From: a virus
Taxonomy: Duplodnaviria > Caudoviricetes
Reading direction: 5' to 3' (one strand)
Virus record (IMG/VR): IMGVR_UViG_3300022173_000339
Location: 1-62,453 of that record
Length of the DNA: 62,453 bases
This document shows, piece after piece, positions 16,927-26,600 of the stretch (its first letter is position 1; each line of letters starts with the position of its first letter). A model generated the notes under the pieces. That model was given only the letters and a program-made list of their open reading frames with translations. It was not told where the DNA came from and made no database searches. A program made the position numbers and the translations under genes.

Positions 16927-17176
16927 GTGGCGGTTCCCAGCCGATGAGCGTGATGTAGTCGTGGAAGCCGCAGTCGGCGTTGCGGAACCAGACCGAGGGC
17001 GTGACCGCTCCGTTCTGCCTGATCTCCCAATACTTCGGATCGTGGACACCGCGATGGATGATCGCGCCGTGCCCGTGCTCGTGCGGGCACCTGATCCACA
17101 CGGCCCCGTCCTTGTCCAGCGCCCACTGTCCGGGCCCGCAGGTCTGGAATGACTCGGCCTTGGGGAAGAGCATCAT
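16889..17176 (-). CDS. DUF6527-like small protein
   Basis: IRCP...W...VTPSV...CGFHDYI pattern; ATGA-coupled to the upstream gene; the 3' end overlaps the tRNA antisense. Confidence 0.6.
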   Translation of the reverse strand: MMLFPKAESFQTCGPGQWALDKDGAVWIRCPHEHGHGAIIHRGVHDPKYWEIRQNGAVTPSVWFRNADCGFHDYITLIGWEPPPVPRGIEPLSPG

Positions 17177-17763
17177 GGGCGCGCCGTCGGCCTCGCCAGC
17201 AGCACGTTGAAGCCGCCCCGGGTCTTCAGGAACTCGCGCGCGTCGATCCAGTAGCCCTGGATGTTCGACGCCGAGCACGAGACCAGGACCTCCTGGTGGA
17301 TGGTCCCGGCGCCATTGACCGTCGGGTGCGGGCGCGTGACCTCGCGCGCGCCGCAGATGAGGACGAAGTGGTCGTGCTCGAACATAGGTCCCCGCGCGGC
17401 GAAGTCGATCGAGCACAGGCCGTAGTAGCCGCCGTCGATCGCCATCCGCACGCGGTGGAACCACTCCATGTTCTGGGACCATCCGGGGGCTCCCCAGTTC
17501 GCCTGGGCCTCGTATAGCGGCCATATGGGCACGTCGTCGACCAGGCGGTCGATCCGGCCGTCCGAGCGGCCCTGGAACAGCGCCTGGCGCACCGTGTGCC
17601 ACGACAGGGCCTCGACCTTGCCCTCGTCGAACCAGGGGTAGAACTCGGCCACGGTGAGCCCCAGGACGGCGCCCAGGACGCAGGCGCCGCAGTCCCCGCC
17701 GGGGACGACGTGCGGCGACGGCTGTGGGAGGGCCCGGCGGGGCAGGACGACCTCGCTATCCAT
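17173..17763 (-). CDS. papain-like (C39-like) cysteine peptidase
   Basis: Q...GDCGAC nucleophile helix and DHFVLI strand; GGAGG SD before the ATG at 17763. Confidence 0.6.
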   Translation of the reverse strand: MDSEVVLPRRALPQPSPHVVPGGDCGACVLGAVLGLTVAEFYPWFDEGKVEALSWHTVRQALFQGRSDGRIDRLVDDVPIWPLYEAQANWGAPGWSQNMEWFHRVRMAIDGGYYGLCSIDFAARGPMFEHDHFVLICGAREVTRPHPTVNGAGTIHQEVLVSCSASNIQGYWIDAREFLKTRGGFNVLLARPTARP

Positions 17764-17786
17764 TTTGCCTCCGATAAGCGCGGGAG

Positions 17787-17795
17787 TGGTATAAT
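17787..17795 (+). promoter_or_regulatory. extended -10 promoter for the HNH gene (leaderless)
   Basis: TGG-TATAAT lies 5 nt before the ATG at 17801; no SD. Confidence 0.55.
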
Positions 17796-17800
17796 CTCGC

Positions 17801-18259
17801 ATGGACGACGCGGTCATCAGCCGGTTCTGGGCCAAGGTCAAGAAGACGGAATCCTGCTGGCTCTGGACGGCGAGCAAGTCTCGCGGCTACGGGAAGATCG
17901 TGATCGCGGGGAAGCCTCGCTGGGCTCACCGAGTCGCTTATGAGATTCAGGTCGGCCCGATCCCGGACGGCAAGCGCATCCTCCACCTTTGCGATAATCC
18001 GCCGTGCGTTCGGGTGGGCCCGGGTCACCTTATACTCGGGACGCAGGCTCAGAACGTCTTGGACGCCCTCAAGAAGGGCCGGATGCTGTTCGGCGAGAAG
18101 AACGGGCAGTCCCGCCTCAACGAGCAGCAGGTCAGAGAGATCAGAACGCTCTACGAAGCCGGATATGGATCGCACGATGACCTGGCCGACCTGTTCGAGG
18201 TCTGCGCCGGGACGATCCACCACGTCTTGGTCAGGAAGACTTGGAAGCATGTTGTCTAG
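17801..18259 (+). CDS. free-standing HNH homing endonuclease with C-terminal HTH
   Basis: RFWAKV, CWLW, GYG, AHRVAYE, LHLCDNPPCV...HL...GTQAQN, GEKNGQSRL; inverted relative to the flanking genes. Confidence 0.92.
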   Translation: MDDAVISRFWAKVKKTESCWLWTASKSRGYGKIVIAGKPRWAHRVAYEIQVGPIPDGKRILHLCDNPPCVRVGPGHLILGTQAQNVLDALKKGRMLFGEKNGQSRLNEQQVREIRTLYEAGYGSHDDLADLFEVCAGTIHHVLVRKTWKHVV

Positions 18260-19023
18260 CGCGTCGTCCTCGCGATTTGGCTAAGATCAGCCGCCTGATC
18301 TTGTCCGAAGTTCTTATAGACCCCGGCGAAAATCCCGAGCGAGATATATTCTCTGAACCAAACCTGCTTCAAGAGCTTGACCGTGAACGGGTCGAACGTC
18401 GATCCGCAGTTTATGACGATCGTCGGGATCGCGAGATCGGCGTAGACCTTCTCGTCGTCGAGAAGCCCCTTCACCTCCCGTGACTTTCTCCGCGTCCTCT
18501 TCGCCACCTCGTTCGTGACGCACTCAGCTAGGGCCATGGCGCCGCCGACGCCGTTGTGGCGGACCTCCAGCCCCTCGTCCGTCGCGTAGTTCGTAATGTC
18601 GACGACGACGACGAGGTCAGCCTTGATGTGACGGGCGAAATTCACCCGAGCGCTCGCGTCACGCTCGAAATTCGTCTTTCCGTCTCCCCAGACGCGCTCG
18701 GGCAGGTGCTCGTTCTCCTTGTCCTCCCTCAGGCTGGGCCTGACCCGGCAGTGACGGAGGTATTGGCCAGCGCCCTCGCGGAACAGGGGCTGCCGTGACT
18801 CTCCGATCTCGGCGTGCGACCGCCTCATGCAGCGCGTGGCGAACACGTCGGCGCCGACGACTCGCAGGATGTCGTAGGCCGTGGCCGCGACCTCGGACGT
18901 GATGATGTCGCCGGGGACTCCGGCGACCGGCTTCTTCTGGTAGCGCCAGTCCTGGATGCGTTCGTCGTTGTAGAGCCCGCCCATCGGGTCGAGCAAGATG
19001 CGTTTTCCCTTTATTTTATCCAT
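18256..19023 (-). CDS. N-acetylmuramoyl-L-alanine amidase (Amidase_3)-fold protein, catalytic residues apparently lost
   Basis: KGKRILLDP, VFATR, RVNFA...ADLVV, GLEV and PTIVINCG align to the amidase skeleton but lack the His/Glu ligands. Confidence 0.65.
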   Translation of the reverse strand: MDKIKGKRILLDPMGGLYNDERIQDWRYQKKPVAGVPGDIITSEVAATAYDILRVVGADVFATRCMRRSHAEIGESRQPLFREGAGQYLRHCRVRPSLREDKENEHLPERVWGDGKTNFERDASARVNFARHIKADLVVVVDITNYATDEGLEVRHNGVGGAMALAECVTNEVAKRTRRKSREVKGLLDDEKVYADLAIPTIVINCGSTFDPFTVKLLKQVWFREYISLGIFAGVYKNFGQDQAADLSQIARTTR

Positions 19024-19038
19024 GAGGATTTTCGTCTC

Positions 19039-19761
19039 CTAGAAGTTGCTTCTCAGATTGGTGCCGACGGCCCAGCCGCCCCTCCACTCCTTTCCTCCGC
19101 TGAACCCGAACTCCATATTGTTCATGTGCAGGAACCCGGGCGTAACGTCGTCGATGTGGCGCGTGAACTCGGGGCCGACGTAGAAGAGGTTGGCCTGGAG
19201 CAGCGCGGAGTAGCGTCCCCAGTAACCGTATTTCCAGTCGAGCATGGGGCTGATCGGAATCTTCATCCGCGTGCCGCTGTCGCTTGCGAGGTCGAGACTG
19301 TGGCCGGGGCTGATCGCCAGGCCGTAGCCGAAGCGCGAGGTCAGACCCCAGTCGCGGAAGATCACCTCCGGCGGCTTATTCAGGCCGTCGGACACGGTCT
19401 TCAACTGGTCGTTGATCCGCTTGATCTCGTCCGGCGACTTCGCCGCCTTCAGCTTCTCCAGCAGCGCCTGATACTGGGCGATCGCCTCGTCCCGCTGCTT
19501 GGTCACGACCGTGACCGCCGCCTCGTCAGGGACGTAGCGGGTTCGGACCTCGGTCTTGCCCTGGGCGTTCTTCACTAACTCGGTGAGGCGCCGGTTCTCC
19601 AGGACGTATTGGGCGAGCACGCCCGGCGGAAGCCCCTTCTCTGCGATCTCCCGCTGCTCGCGCAGGGCCTTCTCCGCGTTGAACATGTGGATGTAGAAGG
19701 CGGCGACGGCCAGGACCACGACCAGCGCGATCCGCTCGATCTTCCTCAGAAGGTCACCCAT
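19039..19761 (-). CDS. membrane-anchored lysis accessory, spanin candidate
   Basis: N-terminal TM segment, coiled-coil, aromatic/Gly-rich beta-type C-terminus ending in Phe; follows the holin. Confidence 0.5.
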   Translation of the reverse strand: MGDLLRKIERIALVVVLAVAAFYIHMFNAEKALREQREIAEKGLPPGVLAQYVLENRRLTELVKNAQGKTEVRTRYVPDEAAVTVVTKQRDEAIAQYQALLEKLKAAKSPDEIKRINDQLKTVSDGLNKPPEVIFRDWGLTSRFGYGLAISPGHSLDLASDSGTRMKIPISPMLDWKYGYWGRYSALLQANLFYVGPEFTRHIDDVTPGFLHMNNMEFGFSGGKEWRGGWAVGTNLRSNF

Positions 19762-20092
19762 TTTGATCCTCCGGCGTCTTCAGCGGTCCCGTCGACGGCG
19801 CGTAGGCGGGGAACTGCGCCGCCGCCTTCTTCTCGGCGTTGGCCGCCCAGACGTAGTTGGTGAACACGGCGGTGACCACGGTGCCGACGGTCATGATCGC
19901 GGTGTTCCCGCAGGTCTCGCCGTGGTAGAGCACGCAGAAGATCACGACCCAGAAGAACAAGATCAGGATCAGGTAGTTCCACAGGGCCTTGATCGACTTG
20001 AGGTCGCGCATCAGGTTCGTCGCGAAGTCGTTGGTCTGGAACAGGCACCAGCCCCTGATCTTCTCGATCCTCGCCTTCGTCTTCTCGCTCAT
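19754..20092 (-). CDS. putative holin (2 TM)
   Basis: MSEKTKAR..., two hydrophobic helices and a charged tail; directly after the endolysin. Confidence 0.65.
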   Translation of the reverse strand: MSEKTKARIEKIRGWCLFQTNDFATNLMRDLKSIKALWNYLILILFFWVVIFCVLYHGETCGNTAIMTVGTVVTAVFTNYVWAANAEKKAAAQFPAYAPSTGPLKTPEDQNG

Positions 20093-20748
20093 GCGGGTAA
20101 CCTCTCGATCAGGGTGTAGACCGCGACGCCGTCCTTCTCGACCATCCGCATGATCTCTCCGCAGCGCGATGGGTCCCGATAGGGGCGGCCGAGGCTGATG
20201 TGAATCCAGATCGACTTCGAGTAGCCGCGCTGGGCCTGCTCGACGATCAACTGGCCGAACACGATCTCGCCGCGCCGGGCGGCGGCGATCACCGCCTGGA
20301 ACGCGACCTCGATGGACTCGACCGTGTCGGGACCGGCCGGAGACCAGTCGCAGGCCTCGCACAGCATGTGCTGGCTCTTCTTCGCCGCCGCCTGGGTCGC
20401 GGCGTTCAGGTCGGGGCAGCGGTAGGCGCTGTGAACGTCGACGGCTCCGCCGATGATGGTCCTAATCTTCTCCATCACCAGCGCCAGTTCGTGCAGCTTC
20501 ATCATCTGGGCGTCGGTCAAGATGCGATTCTTCGCCTGGAGCGCCGCGTTGTTCGTCTTCGTCATCTCGAAGAGCCCGAAGTGCTCGGACAGGTCCTTGT
20601 CCGCGCGCGGCAGGGGCCCGGCCTCCTGGACGTGCGGCACCGGAACCGGCGCCGGGGGCTGCCCCTGGGGGATATAGCCCTCGGCCTCGGTCCCCTGGAG
20701 GACCTTGAACACGCCCTTCGCCGTCGCGATCAGCTTCCCGATGTCCAT
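20089..20748 (-). CDS. peptidase M15-family endolysin
   Basis: LSEHFGLFEM, SAYRC...N, SQHMLCEACD, WIHIS; AGGAGGAG SD. Confidence 0.88.
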   Translation of the reverse strand: MDIGKLIATAKGVFKVLQGTEAEGYIPQGQPPAPVPVPHVQEAGPLPRADKDLSEHFGLFEMTKTNNAALQAKNRILTDAQMMKLHELALVMEKIRTIIGGAVDVHSAYRCPDLNAATQAAAKKSQHMLCEACDWSPAGPDTVESIEVAFQAVIAAARRGEIVFGQLIVEQAQRGYSKSIWIHISLGRPYRDPSRCGEIMRMVEKDGVAVYTLIERLPA

Positions 20749-20756
20749 AGCTCCTC

Positions 20757-22769
20757 CTAGGGGTTCTGGGCGATGTTGGTGAAGACCGTGATCGTCGTGG
20801 GCTCGCGCAGGGCCCCGGCCGTGCTCGTGTTGTTTCCGGCGAAGAGAGCGGCGCCGGTGCCGCTGCTCCCGCGCAGGACGTAGTCGGGCAGACCGGCGGA
20901 CGACCCCTCGACGTGGTTGTGTGTGAAGGTGAAGCGCGCGCTGCCGCCGCTGGCCCCGATGAAGATCGGAGAGGTCAGGGCGTAGCTGGCGAAGAGTTGG
21001 AACAGGCAGCCGTGGACGATCACGTCCGTCGACGAGCTAAGGACGCTGATGACCCTGGCGCCAGCCGAGTTCGATATGAACCGGCAGGTGTCGAACGTGG
21101 GGCTGCCGCCGAGGACGAGGACGTTCTTGTTCCCGTCGAACTTGCAGCCCTTGATCACGGGGGAGACCGAGCCTCGGATGATCAGCGACTCGCCGCTGCT
21201 GCCGCCGATGGCCCAGCCCGCCGAAAGGCCGAAGCGGCAGTTGACGATGCGGGAGGCCGTCCCGTTGATGTCGAGGCCGTTGTTGAAGTTCACGTTCTCG
21301 AAGAAGGACGAGCCGCCGCCGCTGGTGCTGAACTGGGAGCCGACGAAGACGTTGGTCCAGACCAGGGACGTGTCGACCTTGCTGCTCGCGGCGGCCAGGC
21401 CGTTGATCGCGCAGTCGGTCATCGTGTTGGTGACGCCGGTCGTCAGCGTCATGGGCGGATCGCCCGTGACGGGAAAGGCCTTGAGCACCTGGTTGGTCCA
21501 GACGCAGTCCTCGGCGCTCATGTTCCCGGCGCTGATCAGGAGAGACCGAGTGCCGACGAACGTGCACTTCCGCATGGTCAGCGCCGCGCCGTTGGCGACG
21601 TTGACGCAGTCGGTGACGGCGGCCGTGACCTGCACGTCGCTGATGTCGGCGATGGTGGAGGCCCCGACGCGCAGGGCCGGGGTCGCGCCCGTGTTCTGCG
21701 CGTAGACGACGCAGCGGGTGATCTTCACCGTGCCTCCGGCAGCCATGTCGATGCCGGAGAAGGCGTTGACCGCGTTCTCGCCGTAGTAGAAGGCGCCGAG
21801 GACGAGGTTGTCCAGCGTCGCGATGAAGTCGCCGGTGAAGAACACGGTCCCCGCGTGGGAGCCCGAGCCCGAGGCGTAGTCCAGGCTCAGGTTCTTGATC
21901 GTGACGTGGTCGGCGCCGATCCTCGCCGTCGACAAGCCGCTGAAGCTACCCTGGATCACGCACGACTCCGGGTCGAGGCCGATGACGCTGACGTAGGGGT
22001 CGATGAAGGTCAGGGGCTCGGCGATCGTGTAGATGCCGGGCATGATCAGGATCGTCCACGGATTGGCCGCGCTGGTCACGCCGTTGAGGCTGTTGAGCGC
22101 CGCCGCCGGGTTGGTGAAGTCTCCGCCCATGGGGGAGACGACGATCAGGTTCTTCGGCTTGAACTGTGGGTTGAGCGCGGCGGCCGACCGCACGTCGAGC
22201 ACGTCCTCCGCGTTGATCGCCGGGTCCGACGCGCGGCGCGTGATCAGCGCCAGCGGCAGGCCGACGTGCCCGACCGGCAGTGTCGGGACCGTCACGCTCG
22301 TCACGTTCTGGCTGACGGCGAAGTTGTAGCGCACGCGCTCGCGCAGGGCGCTCGGCCCCAGGATCGGGTCCTGGATGTCCGGGTCCATCGTCGCGTTCAC
22401 GGTCTCGACGAAGATGTCGATGTAGACGAGGTCGGTCCGGTTCGTCGCCGGGGTCGCGATCGCCATGTTGTAGACGTATTGGCCGCTGACCAGCGGGTGG
22501 ACCTCGTCGGGCAGGAGCACGCGGCGGCCCAGCGTGTAGCCGCCGGGTCCGGGCGTTACGTTCACCGCGTTGGACAGGCCGGAGCCGACGATCTTGAACG
22601 AGTCGCCCAAGAATCCGTCGACGATCAGGTTCTGCGCCAGCGCGTCGCGCTCGCTGTTCTGGTAATCCTGGAACTCCACCATCTCGAAGTCACCGGGGTG
22701 GGTGTTCTCCTGGAAGAGCACGGTCTTGTAGCGCTTGCCGTCGACGAACGTCCTTCTGCTGAGTGTCAT
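20757..22769 (-). CDS. tail spike/fibre with pectin-lyase-like beta-helix
   Basis: N-terminal baseplate-docking-type region (RTDLVYID), GDFT...AAL...ILIMPGIY entry motif, repeated short strands with xCxF. Confidence 0.7.
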   Translation of the reverse strand: MTLSRRTFVDGKRYKTVLFQENTHPGDFEMVEFQDYQNSERDALAQNLIVDGFLGDSFKIVGSGLSNAVNVTPGPGGYTLGRRVLLPDEVHPLVSGQYVYNMAIATPATNRTDLVYIDIFVETVNATMDPDIQDPILGPSALRERVRYNFAVSQNVTSVTVPTLPVGHVGLPLALITRRASDPAINAEDVLDVRSAAALNPQFKPKNLIVVSPMGGDFTNPAAALNSLNGVTSAANPWTILIMPGIYTIAEPLTFIDPYVSVIGLDPESCVIQGSFSGLSTARIGADHVTIKNLSLDYASGSGSHAGTVFFTGDFIATLDNLVLGAFYYGENAVNAFSGIDMAAGGTVKITRCVVYAQNTGATPALRVGASTIADISDVQVTAAVTDCVNVANGAALTMRKCTFVGTRSLLISAGNMSAEDCVWTNQVLKAFPVTGDPPMTLTTGVTNTMTDCAINGLAAASSKVDTSLVWTNVFVGSQFSTSGGGSSFFENVNFNNGLDINGTASRIVNCRFGLSAGWAIGGSSGESLIIRGSVSPVIKGCKFDGNKNVLVLGGSPTFDTCRFISNSAGARVISVLSSSTDVIVHGCLFQLFASYALTSPIFIGASGGSARFTFTHNHVEGSSAGLPDYVLRGSSGTGAALFAGNNTSTAGALREPTTITVFTNIAQNP

Positions 22770-22782
22770 GATCGTGATCTCC

Positions 22783-23595
22783 TTAAAATCCGAGTCCCCA
22801 GCGGACGAAGATGCCTTGTCCGGGGGTGATGGCCGTGCCCGGGACCAGCGGTCCCCAGGCGAGAATGTCGTTTCCGTTGTTGCCCAGCACCGCGAGTTCG
22901 CGGATCGTGTCGGTCACGCCCAGGCTGAACGGGGCGCGGACCAGCAGCGACGGGTTGGGCTCGGTCGAGATGTCGAGCAGGTTCGGCTGCAAGAATTCGA
23001 GGCTGGTGACGCCGCTGATCGCCCGGTCGCCCAGATAGTCGATCGTCAGGTTCGTCGTCCGGCCCAACTCGTCGAAGAGGCGCGCCGGGTTGTAGAAGGT
23101 CTTGGCCGTCGTGTCGCACTCGACGTAGCCGATGTAGATGACGGCGTCGCCCGGCGTCGCGGGGATCGCGGCCGACCCGGTCGGGACGTTGAGGATGTCG
23201 CCGATTCCGTAGAGGCCGGACGTGCCCGTGTGGATCAGCCACAGGTGGTTGAAGTGGTTCTGCTGGAGGATGTTGCTCCCCGTCGAGTCCGAGCCGAAGC
23301 CGAGGACGATGTCCGCCTGCGAGTTCGCCTGCTGGATGAAGTAGAAGGTCGCGGGCACGCCGTTCGGCCCGAAGTTGTAGACCGGGAAGTCATTGTGGAC
23401 GATGATCGGCGCGATCCCCGTCATCTCGAAGTTGTTTCCCACGCGGCTGTTCGTGCCGAATGGGGAGAACGCGCCGCCCACGCCCTTGCCGACGGCGACG
23501 TGGCTGATGCCGGACAGGGCGACGCCCTTCATCAGCTTGGAGATCAGGCTCCTGCCCTCTCTCGTGATCTCGATGGTGTTGGTCAATCCAGACAT
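22783..23595 (-). CDS. baseplate/tail-fibre attachment protein
   Basis: ITREGRSLI...SHVAVGKG...IRELAV pattern; position in the baseplate cluster. Confidence 0.6.
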   Translation of the reverse strand: MSGLTNTIEITREGRSLISKLMKGVALSGISHVAVGKGVGGAFSPFGTNSRVGNNFEMTGIAPIIVHNDFPVYNFGPNGVPATFYFIQQANSQADIVLGFGSDSTGSNILQQNHFNHLWLIHTGTSGLYGIGDILNVPTGSAAIPATPGDAVIYIGYVECDTTAKTFYNPARLFDELGRTTNLTIDYLGDRAISGVTSLEFLQPNLLDISTEPNPSLLVRAPFSLGVTDTIRELAVLGNNGNDILAWGPLVPGTAITPGQGIFVRWGLGF

Positions 23596-23604
23596 GGTCT
23601 TCTC

Positions 23605-26600
23605 CTAGAATCCGGCGTCGAATCTGATGAGGCGGAACGCATTGTCGTTAGACGTGGCGTAGAGATACTTGCGGCCGTCGAAGGCCAGGCCCCTGATCTT
23701 CTCGATCGAGTTGATCGTCTTGTTCAGAGACAGGGCGCCGATCGTGGTGAGCACGCCCGGCGCGTCGAAGACGTAGATCATGCTCTTGCTCTGGAAGCCA
23801 CCGGCGAACTTCGTCTGGTTCGTGTGGGTGCCGACCGCGACCGCGATCTTGCGGCTCGCCATCAACTCCATGCTCATGAAGTCGACGGCCGGATCGATCA
23901 GGTCTCCGTTCGCGTTGATCGGCGTGCCCGGTAGCCGCCCGATGATGTTGAACGCGGGGCTCACCGGGTTGAACTGCATGTCGATCAGGTAGATTTCGCC
24001 ACGGAGCGTCACGGCCAGGAGCTTGGCCACTCCGTCGGACACGATGTCCATGACCCGGCCCGGGATGTCCACGAGCTTGACGTAGTCGTTCTGGGACCGG
24101 CGCGCGCGGTAGATCGTTGTGAAATTTCCGTTCGGGTTCACGCAGAAGGCGCAGTCGCCGTTCAGGTTCTCCAGCCTGAGGGGTAGGATGCTCGCCAGAG
24201 AGAAGGGCGTGGCCACCGTCGTCTGTCCCGAGGTGCTGCCATTGACGTAGAACGACGACAGGTTGATCGCGCTGAGGTTACTCGTCCACGGCACGAGCCT
24301 GAGCGGGAAGTTCGGGTTCATGTTCAGGATCGGCGTGAAGTTGACCAAGCCCCAGCCCGAGTAGTCGCCGGTGGCGCCGTCCGTGTAGTTCGCGCTCTCG
24401 ACGCCCGGGTAGTAGTCGATCTGGGCCGAGCCGAAAGTGAAGGCCCCGCCCCCGTAGGTGTAGAGGTCGGTGAAGCTCAGCGTCGAGGTCGCGAGCACGG
24501 CCAAGCTCGCGGCGTCGACGAGGACGGCCTGGCTCAGGCCTGGGCCGGTGAAGACCATGAACCGCGTCTGGTCGCCGGAGATGCCGGACATGGAGTTGCC
24601 GAACGCCGGGTCCGAACTGGAGGTCACGACCGGGTCGTTGTTCACGTCGAAGCTGATCTTGGCGATGCCGCTGGCGCCGACGGCGAAGACCTCGCGCTGG
24701 ACGAACTTGTTGCGCGCGCCGTGGATGCGCGTCTGCCGGATGTTGCCCAGCGGCGTGTTCACCACGTCGCCGACCGTGATCGACAGCGGCGTCGACGTGG
24801 GCCCGAGTTCGGTCGTGGAGAAGTAGCGGGCGGAGTAGACGATCTCGTCTCCGACCGCGACCGGCGTGTCGCTGTAGAGGAAGCCGCTGAAGAACGGCAT
24901 GTTGAACACGGCGATGACCGTCGCGGGCGCACCGTTGAGGCTCCGCAGAAGCTGGAGCTTGTCCCCGGCCAGGCCGGTGCCGATCGTGGTCGCCCAGTCG
25001 ATAGTGATGATCGTCCGCGTCGGCTGCGACAATTCCAGGCGCGGCGCGTTGAACCGCGTGGTCAACGTGCCGTAGCCGGAGTAGATCGACGTGGTCTGAG
25101 CGTTGAACGCCAGGACCGAGTAGGTAAAGGTCTCGGCCGCCGTCGAGTCCACGGTGTCGTCGAAGAACTTGATCGAGCCGCTGTTGACGGTCCCGACCTG
25201 GATCAGTGGGCTGGCGATTCCGCCGATCGTGGTCTGGCGGAAGACGCGGAAGCCCGTGGCCAGCGTGTTCGTGTCGGTCCAGGCGATGTGGTTGACCCCG
25301 GCGACCGAGCGCGTGACGATCACGGCCGTGGGCACGGACAGGGACGCGACGGTCGCCACCGTCTGAGAGTATTCCCCGAGGTTGGCCGGGACGATCACGG
25401 TGCCGAAGATGGTGTAGGCGAGCTTAACCTTCCTCACCCTGAAGCTGACGATGTCGCCGGGGACGCCGCCCGAGGTCTGAGCGAAGAACGTGGGCGACCC
25501 GCCGAAGGGGACGCGGCCGATCTCGGAGAAGGCGCCTCCCGCGAACGAGCGCTCGACCGAGATGTAGTCCTCGTTCGTGCTCTGGGGCAGGGTGAACGCC
25601 GTCCACTGGAGCGTGACGTGGTCGGGCGGCACCGTCGCCGCGATCTGGAGGCTGACCGGTCCGTCCAAGGGGCTGCTCGTGACGCCGATCTGCGACGCCG
25701 GTCCGGTCTCCTGGTTGTTGAAGTCCTGGACCTGGTAGGCGTAGACCTGCCCCGGGATCGTCTGGAACAGGTCGTTGTAGGTCCGCGCGTCCTTGGGCAG
25801 GGTGGCGAGCAGGGTCAGAGTCCCGCCGTTGATCGAGCGGAAGAGGCTGACGCCACGGTTCCCGCTGTTGAGGCCGGTCCAGCCGACGCTGACGACGCCG
25901 AAACGGACGAACGTGGGCGTCACGTTCGTCGGAGCGACGAGCGTGCGGTGCACGATCAGCGTGACCTCGGCGGAGAACGAGCCGATCACGGACGCGTTGA
26001 ACGCCTTGATCCGGTAGACCACGACATCGCCGATCACGAGCGTGACGAAGTCGTCGAACTGGCGAGCCGACCCGGCGGGGGAGCCGACGACGGCGAAGGG
26101 CGAGCCGTTGACGCTGCTCTCCAGCGTGTAGCCCGTGGCGTGCGCGTTCGCGTCGGTCCAGAAGACGCGGACGCCCACGTCCGCAAGCTGCTCCAGCGAC
26201 GAGATCGTCGGGGTCAGCAGCGCGGTCGTCGCCGACGCCGTGGCCGACACCGGTCCCGGGTGCAGCGAGTTGAACGGCGTCACCCGATACTGGTAGGTCT
26301 GGCCCGGAACGGTGGTGAAAACGTCGGAATACGCGAGCGTGCCGGGCGCGACCGTGGTTAGCCGCTGGAACTGGCCGCCGGTGCCGATCGCGCGGTCGAT
26401 GTAGATGCCCGCCTCATTCAGGGGCGGGTTCGGGTCGGTCCAGGCCAGGTCGATCTGGGTGTCGCCCAGCGCTGGCGTCGCGGTCAGGGCCGTCAACTGG
26501 CTGAGGGTGAAGTTCACGACCAGGCTCTGGACGTTGGAGAACGCGCCGGTGTCCTGCGGGCTGATGCCGCCGGAGACCGCGCGCAGCTTGTAGCTGTAGG

